Virus record (IMG/VR): IMGVR_UViG_3300015370_000568
Location: 32,001-96,000 of that record
Length of the DNA: 64,000 nucleotides
Strand: one strand, 5' to 3'
Source of the DNA: a virus
Part shown: positions 25,331-35,091 of the stretch, in pieces
Layout of the letters: every line of letters begins with the position of its first letter
How positions within the stretch are numbered: the first letter of the stretch is position 1
Notes under the pieces: model-generated
The model's database searches: none
Told to the model about the DNA's origin: nothing
The model's input: the letters and a program-made list of their open reading frames with translations, nothing else
Made by a program: the position numbers and the translations under genes

Positions 25331-27805
25331 CTACTTAGAGTACACGTTTCCAATCTCTCGTTCAACGCTTTCTTGTGAATCTGCAAGAGTCTGAACTCTA
25401 GCTACTTCTTCAGCTGAGACTCTAGAAAAGTCAGAAGAAGCTGGCCAAAAATCTAAAAAGATTGAACTCTTATAAGTCGCGACCTTATTCTTATCCACAA
25501 TCAATTCTATCCTTGGAAGCTTTAATTGACTACCATCTGTTTGTGCTTCGATATGAAAGAGATTAGCGCCTTGTGCTCCAAGGTCATGAACTTGATTATA
25601 GACATGACTAACCCAGTTAGCATCATACTGCATTCCGACAGAGCCAGCCAGGTTATTCATATTAGGCCTAGTTCCAGGTTCCATCTTGGTGTATTCCATA
25701 GTCGCCCAGACAGTAATACCAAACTCGCCAGCTAATCCTTTGAGAGCATTGGATTGTCTTTTAAGACGAACAGGCTCATTAGGTACTTCTTGGAAGTCTA
25801 GAAGCTTATGGAAGTTGTCGAGGATATAAAGAATATGTCGCTCAGGATACTTCTGCTTCAAGAAAGCTAACATTGTCCTGGTGAAAGTCAGATTAGCTCC
25901 TCCACCAGCAAGATTACTAGGATGGGCTCCTTTGAGAACTAACCAACCACCTTCTACTAGCTTCTGTAATCCTGCATAAGCCTTGCGCCGTCTTTCTAAT
26001 ACCCCGCCGCCAAGAATACGTTCCCAATGATTAGGAAACATCACATGGTTCAACTCAAGTGAGTGTGAGCCATCTTGAATAGTTACAAACTTAGGGAGAA
26101 TCTGTTCAGGAGTATCATCAATAGTATGATAGACCACTACTGTATTGTTCTGCTCATAGTGAGTAGCTATATCATGACCAATACAAGAAAGTAAAGAACT
26201 CTTCCCAGAATTTGGTCTTCCGCCGCAAACCAGAAGCATTCCTTGTAGCTCACCCGCAAGAGCTACTTGTAAATCATGAAACTTGGGGCCAAAAAAGAAC
26301 CCCATATGTTGTCCCTTACGAGACTCTTCTATCTCTTGTTGTTGTTTCAATAATGCAACAAACCCTGTTTCAGAGAGACTAGCTTCGTCATGTTTGATAT
26401 TGACTTCGGTAAGTTTGACTAGGCCTTCAGTAAGAATAGCTTCACTATTGCCAGAAAACAGCTCTAGGTCTCGTTTAATGCCATCAACAATGGCACTACG
26501 TTCTCGTTCACGAACAAGATTCTTTTCGTCTACCAGCCGAAATAGTTCCATTCTGATAGCTCTGAGGTCATATCCTGTTCTTTTTGCCAGGTCTCGACAC
26601 ATTGTCTCTTGAGTAATATGAGATGCCTCGGTAACTATTAACTGAAGCATCCGGTTACAAATAACTTCAGGTTCTTCGTCTTCCGAAAATTGAGTCAGTC
26701 GCCATTGAAAAGCTGACAATTCAGGAATAGCTCTGAAGGCTTCAATACCCTTTTCTCTAATGAATTCATCAGGGTCTTGTTCATTAGGAATGATTTTGAC
26801 CTTGATAGTTAAATCTTTGTGACCTGCAAGACGGGTATCGAGAATCTCGAGAGTGCGTCTTTGGCCAGGATTATCTCCATCCAACGCGAGAACCAACTCT
26901 GTAGCCCCACAACGCTTGAGCAGCGCGACATGTTCACGAGTAAGCGCAGTACCAGATAGGGCCACGCAGTTGTCCAGACCTTTCTCACGAGCTGTGAGAA
27001 CATCTGTATAGCCTTCGAAAAGATAGATTTTGGGGTCTTTCTTGGCAACGTCAAGTCCATAAAGTCTTTGCCCTTTCCGATAGATATTAACTTTGACATC
27101 AGTAGTGGCTGTATTGACATACTTTCTGTCATCGCCAGGCTTATGATTGAGATTCCGGGCTGCAAACCCTACTGGTCTACCAAATTCATCACAGGTAGTG
27201 AAGATAAGATTATGGGGTTGGAAGATAGGACTTGGAAGACCTGTACCTACACCACGTTTTCCGAGGTCGACTTCATCAAGAAACTTGGCAGAGAATCCTG
27301 CAGCTTTGAGCTGGTCGCGGAAGTCACTGAAGGATACTACTGTACCAGTATAGCTTCTACGAAGATTAGTTTGTGACCAGCCTCTTCTTTGTATCTCTGT
27401 CTTGACTTGTTTAGAAGGTTGCGAAGTAGAAACAATTTCGGCCGCTACTTTGTAAGCTCTATAGGTATCTAGCTCATATAGTTCTTCAGGAGTTAGTTCT
27501 TCCATCTCGTGAGAGATACCGAACTTATCAGCTAGATAGAGGACATTTTCTTGGACAAATTCTTTGCCTACAAGGGGTTTATCTTCTAGAAAAGCGGCGC
27601 AATCAAAAATATCCCATGACCGACTACAACCAAAACACCAGATAGCTGTCTTGTCTTCTAATAGACCAGCACTAGGACTCTTATCCTGATGAACAGGATT
27701 GAGACATGAAAATTTATGATGTGGGTCTATTCCTTGTTGCTGAAGATACTCAACCAAGAATGGCCGAATCTTATCTTTAAGTTGTTCAAGTCGTTCGCGC
27801 GACAT
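25331..27805 (-). CDS. dnaG: DnaG primase fused to DnaB-like (SF4) helicase
   Basis: CHC2 zinc finger (CLNPVH.DKSPS, CFGC), GFAAR, KYVN, TOPRIM FEGYTDV/LDGD/DPDE; helicase GGRPNSGKSS, ILDNFH. Confidence 0.9.
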   Translation of the reverse strand: MSRERLEQLKDKIRPFLVEYLQQQGIDPHHKFSCLNPVHQDKSPSAGLLEDKTAIWCFGCSRSWDIFDCAAFLEDKPLVGKEFVQENVLYLADKFGISHEMEELTPEELYELDTYRAYKVAAEIVSTSQPSKQVKTEIQRRGWSQTNLRRSYTGTVVSFSDFRDQLKAAGFSAKFLDEVDLGKRGVGTGLPSPIFQPHNLIFTTCDEFGRPVGFAARNLNHKPGDDRKYVNTATTDVKVNIYRKGQRLYGLDVAKKDPKIYLFEGYTDVLTAREKGLDNCVALSGTALTREHVALLKRCGATELVLALDGDNPGQRRTLEILDTRLAGHKDLTIKVKIIPNEQDPDEFIREKGIEAFRAIPELSAFQWRLTQFSEDEEPEVICNRMLQLIVTEASHITQETMCRDLAKRTGYDLRAIRMELFRLVDEKNLVRERERSAIVDGIKRDLELFSGNSEAILTEGLVKLTEVNIKHDEASLSETGFVALLKQQQEIEESRKGQHMGFFFGPKFHDLQVALAGELQGMLLVCGGRPNSGKSSLLSCIGHDIATHYEQNNTVVVYHTIDDTPEQILPKFVTIQDGSHSLELNHVMFPNHWERILGGGVLERRRKAYAGLQKLVEGGWLVLKGAHPSNLAGGGANLTFTRTMLAFLKQKYPERHILYILDNFHKLLDFQEVPNEPVRLKRQSNALKGLAGEFGITVWATMEYTKMEPGTRPNMNNLAGSVGMQYDANWVSHVYNQVHDLGAQGANLFHIEAQTDGSQLKLPRIELIVDKNKVATYKSSIFLDFWPASSDFSRVSAEEVARVQTLADSQESVEREIGNVYSK

Positions 27806-28692
27806 TATTCGTCCTCGTCAGGAAGAGTAGTTGTGCCCCAACATAGACTAGACCATTCACAATATCCTCTACATTGCCAATCTCCGACTCGCTCCTTCTT
27901 CTTTTCCCAAGCTGCTAGCTTAGTCTTGGAAAGTAGCTTATGCTTTACCATATCAGTCATCTGGTCATCAGAGTATTCATAGAAAAAGTCATTCGGCGGC
28001 AATACTTTTTCTTGAAGGTAGGCATCTAGAGTAGCGAATCTTCTATAGATATCAGCCATGCAGACTTGAGTAGGACAGTCATCAACCACAATCATTCTAT
28101 GAGCTTCATCTTGGTCATGATTACTGATAGAAATCTTATACTCAGCCCGTTTCATTGAATCTCTAGCAAAATAGAGGAGCTTGCCATATGGCCAAATCTC
28201 TCTACAGAAATCTAAATAGAGAGCAATCTGTAATAGATTACTCCAGCGAGGAAATCCTACTTGTTTAGTATTCCCACAGATTTCCTTGGTGGCTTGATAG
28301 CCGTAGAACGTCTTAATTTCGCAAGGTATTTCTTGTTGGGTAGTAGGGTCCCAGATAATCAGGTCTATTTCTCCTGAGATATTTCGGGGTTCATCATAGT
28401 ATCTGACACTGCTGGCTACCCAGATACCTGCTTCTTTTGCTTTTCTAGCTAGTTCTACTTCGATAGCTTTGCCCATAAGGAAGATATACTGAGAGTAAGG
28501 CGAGGGCTTACTAGGTGGAACAGTTCCCACACGACGCAAAAAAGAAGCTCGTAAACACTTACCTTCAATTCTTTGCCTACCATTCACGTCAGTTAATACT
28601 ATTGATGCTTCTGATGGCCAGTAAGTATTCTTTTGAGGAAGAGAAATACGGTCACGCACAATAAACTGGTCCAGATGTTCCCAGATTTGCAT
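27805..28692 (-). CDS. Cas4-like PD-(D/E)XK exonuclease
   Basis: PSEAS..CLR, SGEIDL, CEIKT, QIALY, C-terminal C..YC.W...C. Confidence 0.8.
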   Translation of the reverse strand: MQIWEHLDQFIVRDRISLPQKNTYWPSEASIVLTDVNGRQRIEGKCLRASFLRRVGTVPPSKPSPYSQYIFLMGKAIEVELARKAKEAGIWVASSVRYYDEPRNISGEIDLIIWDPTTQQEIPCEIKTFYGYQATKEICGNTKQVGFPRWSNLLQIALYLDFCREIWPYGKLLYFARDSMKRAEYKISISNHDQDEAHRMIVVDDCPTQVCMADIYRRFATLDAYLQEKVLPPNDFFYEYSDDQMTDMVKHKLLSKTKLAAWEKKKERVGDWQCRGYCEWSSLCWGTTTLPDEDE

Positions 28693-28730
28693 TAAATTGC
28701 CTTTCTAGATTGAGGAAAAAGATGAGTCAT
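28692..28730 (-). CDS. 12 aa leader ORF MTHLFPQSRKAI
   Basis: AAGGAG SD; stop overlaps nuclease start (TAATG). Confidence 0.45.
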   Translation of the reverse strand: MTHLFPQSRKAI

Positions 28731-28780
28731 ATCAGCTCCTTTTAGGCCTGAGCCGGGCCATCTATAATCAATCTGAGGTC

Positions 28781-28809
28781 AGGATACCTGAAGGAAGAGA
28801 GAGAGTCAA
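28781..28809 (-). promoter_or_regulatory. sigma70-like promoter for nuclease/primase block
   Basis: TTGACT-N17-TATCCT on minus strand in intergenic gap. Confidence 0.65.
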
Positions 28810-28816
28810 GAGAAGA

Positions 28817-29032
28817 TTAAGAGCCGATAATAGCAGCTAAGTTAGCCTGAATGAGGATTAGCTGTGATTCTAAAGCATCAACCCTTACCTTGAGAGCATC
28901 AATCTCTTGTTGTCGAACAAGAGTAAGTTGCCGAAGCATCTTAGGAGTAGCTGCATGTTGCATTAGATTTAATAGGTTATTGACACTCAGCTCTAGAGCT
29001 TGAAATCTGGCTTCAATTTCAGTGGCGGTCAT
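28817..29032 (-). CDS. small coiled-coil protein
   Basis: AAGGAG SD, heptads. Confidence 0.7.
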   Translation of the reverse strand: MTATEIEARFQALELSVNNLLNLMQHAATPKMLRQLTLVRQQEIDALKVRVDALESQLILIQANLAAIIGS

Positions 29033-29333
29033 ATGTTTCTGGTTCTCCTTTGTTCATCTCTTGTAGATAAACGTCTTTGGTCAAGGCTTTTTGCGATACA
29101 TTAGCGCCAAAGTAGCAGAGCCATAGAGGAATCACAAACCATGACCATAATTGAAAGAGCTCAGTAAGATGTTTTGATTGAGTAGATAAGAACTCAATGT
29201 ATTGTGGGCTTTCCATCACCGGGGCCGACATCAGTAGAACAGGAAGTGCAGCTACTAGAATAAGGATTGTCGCTGCACAGGAAAGACCCCATGCGGCTTG
29301 CCATTTCCTGCTTTCTTTCTTTTCCTTGCTCAT
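29019..29333 (-). CDS. holin-like two-TM protein
   Basis: SRKW + TM, second TM ending YFGANVSQK. Confidence 0.6.
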   Translation of the reverse strand: MSKEKKESRKWQAAWGLSCAATILILVAALPVLLMSAPVMESPQYIEFLSTQSKHLTELFQLWSWFVIPLWLCYFGANVSQKALTKDVYLQEMNKGEPETYDRH

Positions 29334-29724
29334 TTTCGCTCAAAGAGATTGTCTCACGGACATAATGAATGTCAACTTCACACCCTTCAAAATCTCTCTC
29401 TGTAACCATGAAGGTAATGACATCCTTAGGATATCCCTCAGCATCAGCACCAAGAACAATAGACCTATCCAAGAGCATACATTCCATGTACTTCCAACAA
29501 TAGACTTTTTCAGTATTTTCATCCGGAAAACAGAGAAGTTCTATGATATGAACAGTATCGCCGTCGTCATCCCATAATTCAGGAAGAAGATTCTTTCCCT
29601 GGTCCCAAAGAGTCAGTTCAAAACAGGCACCATATTCATCATCATAGTAGAGCTCAATCTCATAAACTCCAGGGACATCCTGATGATTGAAAAAGACTCT
29701 GGTATTCTTATTCGTCGGAATCAT
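29194..29724 (-). CDS. tail-tube-like paralogue of 20535..20975
   Basis: NTRVFFN..VP...LTLWDQGKNLLPELW...WK..C aligns by eye with the 20535 protein. Confidence 0.55.
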   Translation of the reverse strand: MIPTNKNTRVFFNHQDVPGVYEIELYYDDEYGACFELTLWDQGKNLLPELWDDDGDTVHIIELLCFPDENTEKVYCWKYMECMLLDRSIVLGADAEGYPKDVITFMVTERDFEGCEVDIHYVRETISLSENEQGKERKQEMASRMGSFLCSDNPYSSSCTSCSTDVGPGDGKPTIH

Positions 29725-30706
29725 GTTCCCTACCTTTCATTACCTGTTCGATATCGTATTCTACCATCTTCTGAACGAGCTGTTCAAAAGAAGTCTTTGG
29801 CACCCAGCCAAGTACTCGTGTAGCCTTTGAAGCATCACCAATGAGAACATCTACCTCTGCAGGTCTAAAGAAGCGTGGATCGACTTCTACATACTGCCGA
29901 TAGTCTCCAAGACCAGCATACTTGAAAGCTATATCACAAAACTCTCTGACACTATGAGTCTCGCCAGTAGCTAATACAAAGTCATCAGGCTGATTATGAT
30001 TGAGAATCATTATCATCCCTGCACAAAAGTCACTAGCCCAACCCCAATCTCTTTTGGCATCTAGATTTCCTAGATAGAGTTTTTCTTGATTACCAGCCTT
30101 GATATTTGCAACGGCCAATGAAATCTTCCTAGTTACAAAGTTAGGTCCTCGTCTAGTCCCTTCATGGTTATAGCAAATAGAATTACTGGCGAACATCTTG
30201 TATGATTCTCGATAGTTACGAGTAATCCAGTAACCATAGAGTTTTGCTACACCATAAGGAGAGCGAGGATGGAATTCACTTTCTTCGTTGCATAGCACTT
30301 CTCCTCTGATGCCTCCGAATAATTCCGAGGTAGAAGCTTGTAGAAATCGAGTATGAATTCCTGATTCTCTAATAGCTTCAAGACAATAGAGCACTCCTAG
30401 ACCTGTAGCTTGAGCTGTATAGACTGGCTGAGAGAAAGAAGTTCCGACGTGACTTTGTGCTGCCATATTAAAACACAAGTCAGCTTTGGCTAATCGGCAT
30501 AGAGAGGTAAGGCTAGGAAGATCTAGTAGATCTCCTTCTACAATTTCTACATTAGGTTCTTTTTCAAGATGAGCCGCGCATTCTAGACTATTACTTGATG
30601 TTCTTCTCTTTAGACCATAGACTTTATAGCCTTTTTCTAATAGAAGGTCGGCCAGAATTGAACCATCTTGGCCTGTTATACCTGTAATGATAGCTGATTT
30701 AGTCAT
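29708..30706 (-). CDS. gmd: GDP-mannose 4,6-dehydratase
   Basis: ITGITGQDG, AAQSHV, QASTSELFG, PRSPYGVAKLY, FVTRKI, LGNLDAKRDWG, FRPAEVD. Confidence 0.97.
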   Translation of the reverse strand: MTKSAIITGITGQDGSILADLLLEKGYKVYGLKRRTSSNSLECAAHLEKEPNVEIVEGDLLDLPSLTSLCRLAKADLCFNMAAQSHVGTSFSQPVYTAQATGLGVLYCLEAIRESGIHTRFLQASTSELFGGIRGEVLCNEESEFHPRSPYGVAKLYGYWITRNYRESYKMFASNSICYNHEGTRRGPNFVTRKISLAVANIKAGNQEKLYLGNLDAKRDWGWASDFCAGMIMILNHNQPDDFVLATGETHSVREFCDIAFKYAGLGDYRQYVEVDPRFFRPAEVDVLIGDASKATRVLGWVPKTSFEQLVQKMVEYDIEQVMKGREHDSDE

Positions 30707-31779
30707 TTTTTCTCCTTGAGATAGTCTACAAAAGCAGGCTTATAGAAGTCAATCATTACTTCTGCGTAGTCAGCATCTACCGGATCTTTACTTAAACACG
30801 CAGCTAATATGGGATGACGTAACTCATCAGTTAAATAACGACATAAAGAATAGTGAGTATCTACACGACTACGTTGACCAAGAGCCTTTTGATGAACTCC
30901 GTTGATCCCTGAATCAGTAGGAGCAAAATATCTCATGACCGAAGTGCCCCATCCTAAATGAAAAAATGGACCAATTAAAGACTTACCTTCAGCATCTGGC
31001 ATATTGTTTTGATCTACTGCTTCTAGAATAGATGAAAAATTTGCGTAGTTTAAATCATATTCGGTTTTACAACGAAATGATCTACCATCATAATTAAATA
31101 GAAGACCCCTTTTAAAGTCTCCTACCAAAAACGTAACCCAAGCATTAGCTCTGATGAATGCGTCGAGTTTAACAACCTCATCAGGAACATCAGGCGTTCT
31201 ATCTACTCCTATCATTTCACAAAACCGAAAAAAAGTGATGGTCTCGCTTGCCATGGGATTATTCTTATTGCCAAAGAGCTTTTGATACACAGACAAGAAT
31301 TTTTGATAAAAATCGGTAGTCATAATAATAATTCCTGTCGAAGGTGTAAGATGTCCCCAAGGTGCATGATAATTGTGATCTAATCGTTGTACTTCCCGAA
31401 CAGCGCGATTAGGTTTTATGATCCATCCTGTACGGTTATTAGGAATAGCATAATCTGCTCCTGATACTTCAAATTGTTTAAAAGTTTGAAGTAAATCTTC
31501 CTTCAACCAAAAACAATCACCTTCGCAAACAGCTACCACATCATACTGATTTTGTAGTGCATACTGCATCCCATAATCAATAAAGTGCCCGATATTCCAC
31601 CGTTCTTGAGGTTTAATATTACAAAAATCTCCAGTAACCTGAGGGCCGACATTGAGCAAAAGAAAGTCTAGCTCTCCTTCACAACGAGTTGCAAAGTTCT
31701 TCCAACCTAACAGAAGAAGGGGAGGTAAGCTAATTTCTTGAAGTCCATTCCAATAAGTCACTACAACTAGCCTTCGCAT
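30703..31779 (-). CDS. putative GT-A-fold glycosyltransferase
   Basis: N-terminal strand, VAVCEGDCF DxD-like site, late FFHLG; context. Confidence 0.45.
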   Translation of the reverse strand: MRRLVVVTYWNGLQEISLPPLLLLGWKNFATRCEGELDFLLLNVGPQVTGDFCNIKPQERWNIGHFIDYGMQYALQNQYDVVAVCEGDCFWLKEDLLQTFKQFEVSGADYAIPNNRTGWIIKPNRAVREVQRLDHNYHAPWGHLTPSTGIIIMTTDFYQKFLSVYQKLFGNKNNPMASETITFFRFCEMIGVDRTPDVPDEVVKLDAFIRANAWVTFLVGDFKRGLLFNYDGRSFRCKTEYDLNYANFSSILEAVDQNNMPDAEGKSLIGPFFHLGWGTSVMRYFAPTDSGINGVHQKALGQRSRVDTHYSLCRYLTDELRHPILAACLSKDPVDADYAEVMIDFYKPAFVDYLKEKK

Positions 31780-32366
31780 TGTGCAAATTCCTTTAATCTT
31801 CTAATATCGTTCTGATACATAATACGATATTTTTCTTGAATCTTTCCTCGCTTATATCTTCTTGGTATAATACATGGACGTTCTACTATTTTCTCCAAAG
31901 GGAAAGTTTCTAACAATTCTAGACAGTATCGAACAAAAGGACCGTAAAGACGTAATACTCTTTGCCACAAGGATAGGACATCGTCATCTCGAAACACAGG
32001 ATATGTTACTTTAGCCAAAATAGGACCTGAATCAAAAGACTCTTCCATCTTTTGAAAAGTGATTCCTTGCTCTATCTTTTGTTGTACTACAGTATGATGA
32101 AGCAAGTCACATCCTCCAAATTCTGGCAAAAGTCCAGGATGAATATTATAGACATTATCCCAAGGATCGATGCGTTGTTCGTAACCTAGATTAATCCCAA
32201 TATCATGCGGTTCTGAAGTAAATACTAAAGGCAACGGAATAATTCCTGGGACAGTAGGATAAGGCGCAGGAATATAACCAATGAGTTCATAATTGCCAGG
32301 ATAACGCAATAGATACTCAACACATTTCTGCGTCAAATATGTAGAGCCATAAATCAAGACACGCAT
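31767..32366 (-). CDS. sugar N-formyltransferase
   Basis: YNIHPGLLPEFGG, GITF..M...FDSGPIL. Confidence 0.85.
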   Translation of the reverse strand: MRVLIYGSTYLTQKCVEYLLRYPGNYELIGYIPAPYPTVPGIIPLPLVFTSEPHDIGINLGYEQRIDPWDNVYNIHPGLLPEFGGCDLLHHTVVQQKIEQGITFQKMEESFDSGPILAKVTYPVFRDDDVLSLWQRVLRLYGPFVRYCLELLETFPLEKIVERPCIIPRRYKRGKIQEKYRIMYQNDIRRLKEFAQCEG

Positions 32367-33064
32367 TATAAATAGACCAATTGGCAAGCCTGTTCCTGAG
32401 TTAAAGGAGCATGATGAGGTCTTTGAATATGAGAGCCTAATGCTAGATCAAAAAGCTTGAATCGTCCTTGATTCAACTCTTGCCTAAGAAAAAAGAGATT
32501 AGTATAAGCCACAAACCCAATTAGATCATACTGCTTTATTTCGGCTAATTGTTTCAAAGCTAATGCACTAGCACCAAAGAAACTATTACCTGTCCACTCT
32601 TTATGTTCTGGATTAAACGGGATAGTAACTGCCTCTTCCCAATTCGAATTATACTCTATCACGACAAGATCAGGACAAGTTTCTAGAGTTGCCCAAACCC
32701 AATAATCGTAAGAATCAATATCAATTGACAGAACATTAAGATGGGGAATCTCATACTTGGTTAGTAAGAAGTCAAGATTTTTACCAACTTCCGGCGAAAT
32801 ATAATCATTATGACAGAAAACTTTTGGAAAGTCTTTCATATTATCTAGTAATTCAACATACTTTTGCTTATCGCCTTCTATTAGAAGGGCTCTCCAACCT
32901 TCTGTAATTAGTTTGTATACATTAGAAAGGTGAATACCATCCCAAGCCCCGAATTCACAACACCAACCTTGCTGAATACCAAGCTGATCTAGCACACATT
33001 CAATGATACCATCTTCACCACGTTGACTAAAGACTTTCCGGGCATATTGGCTAATATCAATCAC
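32366..33064 (-). CDS. FkbM-like SAM methyltransferase
   Basis: FSQRGEDG, EFGAWDG..SN, LSIDIDSYDY, VIEYN. Confidence 0.85.
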   Translation of the reverse strand: MIDISQYARKVFSQRGEDGIIECVLDQLGIQQGWCCEFGAWDGIHLSNVYKLITEGWRALLIEGDKQKYVELLDNMKDFPKVFCHNDYISPEVGKNLDFLLTKYEIPHLNVLSIDIDSYDYWVWATLETCPDLVVIEYNSNWEEAVTIPFNPEHKEWTGNSFFGASALALKQLAEIKQYDLIGFVAYTNLFFLRQELNQGRFKLFDLALGSHIQRPHHAPLTQEQACQLVYL

Positions 33065-34136
33065 CGAAAATCACTCTTACTGCATCAAGAATTTTTTCTC
33101 GAAGGAGATCTGTCACCCAAAAACCGTTAGGAATAAAGATTACCTGAAGATTTTTCTGTCTTGGAGGATATGGCCACAAAGGAGAAGCCGTAATTCCTTT
33201 TCTTTCAAATGCTTTTGCAATATCTAGAGAAGAACGACTATCATTATAGCGGAATCCATATACCCAATAGGACGAATCTGCTTCTGGATTTTTGAGCAAG
33301 GATAACCCAGAACTAATCTGAGGGATCTCTGCATCAAAAAACTGAGCATTACTTCTAGATCTTTGCACAGCCCATTGAGCTAATTCATAATTAGCAAGCC
33401 CAATAGCTGCCGAAATATCATTCATATGAGCCTTATATCCCCATATTGTAGGCCATGAAGACATCTGATGTTCAAGACGTGTCATGCCTTCTGGCACCTC
33501 TCGGCTTACACCAAACCACTTTAGCTGTTCTGCAAAAGAAAAATCCTCTTCTGTCTGACAGACTAAAGCTCCTCCATCTCCTGTTGTAAGATGCTTAATA
33601 GCCTGAAAAGAAAAAGCAGCATAGTCACACCAGGAAGAAATATGCTTATCTTGATAAGTAGTCATTAAAGCATGAGCACAATCAAGAATTAAAGGAATAC
33701 CTTGTCTCTGTAGATATTTGTAGAGTTTCTCTAAGTTTAAAGGAGGAGTTCCGCCAACAAGAGTTATAACTACTGCAGCAATCTCTGTCTCTGATAAAGA
33801 CTTAATAGCTTTATCAACATCCAAACATAATGTCTCGGATTCGATCTCTCCCCACACAATTTTAGCTCCTCGTTGTATAATAACACTATTTGTCGCCCAG
33901 AACGTAAATGGTGTGGAGAGAACTTTACTCCCTGGTCTAACCGCTAAATGAAGAGCTAGAGACAAAGCGCTTGTGCAACTATTGGTACAAGTCACATACT
34001 GAGAGCCAAATAACTTTCGTAACTTATTACGAAACTCCTCGACTTTAGGTCCTTCTCCGATCATTCCAGAATGCAAAACCTTAGCAACCTGTTCAGCTGC
34101 TGTCGAGGCCATATTAACCTTGAAAAGTGGAATCAT
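33057..34136 (-). CDS. DegT/DnrJ/EryC1/StrS PLP aminotransferase (perosamine-synthase-like)
   Basis: GPKVEEF, NSCTSAL, DCAHA, FSFQAIKHLTTGDGG. Confidence 0.92.
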   Translation of the reverse strand: MIPLFKVNMASTAAEQVAKVLHSGMIGEGPKVEEFRNKLRKLFGSQYVTCTNSCTSALSLALHLAVRPGSKVLSTPFTFWATNSVIIQRGAKIVWGEIESETLCLDVDKAIKSLSETEIAAVVITLVGGTPPLNLEKLYKYLQRQGIPLILDCAHALMTTYQDKHISSWCDYAAFSFQAIKHLTTGDGGALVCQTEEDFSFAEQLKWFGVSREVPEGMTRLEHQMSSWPTIWGYKAHMNDISAAIGLANYELAQWAVQRSRSNAQFFDAEIPQISSGLSLLKNPEADSSYWVYGFRYNDSRSSLDIAKAFERKGITASPLWPYPPRQKNLQVIFIPNGFWVTDLLREKILDAVRVIFGD

Positions 34137-34681
34137 TATAACCTTGCTATAGTAAGAGCGTGGCTATCATCGAAAGGAATAGTACAAAATTCTCGAAAAA
34201 ATACAGGCAAAATAGAAGTATAGGGTTGATAACCATATTTCTTTTGCCAATGATTATATTGCCCACCCTCTAAGAATATAAACCGAACTTGAAGGTCTAA
34301 GATTGTTTTCAAAATAGGGGTTATGTTATCTAAATGATTACAGATATCAATATGTATTATATCAATGTTGCGACCAACAAGTTCTTTTGCAATATCTTCG
34401 AAAGAAGCTTGCCTCACTTGATAAGAACAAGTTAAACCAGCATTATTTAAATTACAGAGAGCCTTTACTTGATTGGCAGCAGTCTCTGCAAAAGGAGGTT
34501 GATTATAATGTGATGCAAAAGTATCACATGTAATCAGTTCTCCTTCTACTGTGAGGGCAGAACCTAAAGCTACTGCACTATGTCCTTGTTGAGTACCGAC
34601 CTCCACAATAAAACAAGGATTAATGACCTTGGCTAAGATCGTGAGTAGGTTTAATTGCTGAGAATTATAAGAAGTACTCAC
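34136..34681 (-). CDS. class I SAM methyltransferase
   Basis: IVEVGTQQGHS, IDIIHID. Confidence 0.8.
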   Translation of the reverse strand: MSTSYNSQQLNLLTILAKVINPCFIVEVGTQQGHSAVALGSALTVEGELITCDTFASHYNQPPFAETAANQVKALCNLNNAGLTCSYQVRQASFEDIAKELVGRNIDIIHIDICNHLDNITPILKTILDLQVRFIFLEGGQYNHWQKKYGYQPYTSILPVFFREFCTIPFDDSHALTIARL

Positions 34682-35091
34682 GATAAATCCTCACGAAGCT
34701 CTACCCAATTATTCTCATAGTCACGAATGAAAATATTTTGCCAGCCACCAGGATTATCATAAACAATTCTTGAAACTCCTTCTGGTAACTTATTCAGAAG
34801 TTCTTGTCTAGACCCTTTCCCTCCCGTAAATAAACATACATGATTGATTCCCTGACGCTGAAAATCTAAAGAGTCTGTTCGTTCTGTCTCTAAAAAGTAA
34901 TGAATTTCAAGATCAAGAGAACCTTCTTTACTATAACGCTTGATGATTGCTGGACCAGCTTGGAACAATTGGCCCATCATTTCTTCTGTTCCTCGTGATG
35001 TATAAATACATCTCCACCCCAAAAGATTACACCAAAAAGATTCGAAAGCTTCTATATCTTGTGTGACCCAACCGATATGATTAAGATGCAT
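34678..35091 (-). CDS. VOC/glyoxalase-family protein
   Basis: LNHIG, GINHVC, FIRDYENNWVEL. Confidence 0.88.
   Translation of the reverse strand: MHLNHIGWVTQDIEAFESFWCNLLGWRCIYTSRGTEEMMGQLFQAGPAIIKRYSKEGSLDLEIHYFLETERTDSLDFQRQGINHVCLFTGGKGSRQELLNKLPEGVSRIVYDNPGGWQNIFIRDYENNWVELREDLS

Noticed and set aside
27805-28816. CRISPR-Cas locus around the Cas4-like gene
   Set aside because: No repeat-spacer array or other cas genes seen; solo Cas4-like nucleases are common in phages
28787-28816. GA-rich microsatellite
   Set aside because: Short and explained as the spacer and flank of the minus-strand promoter
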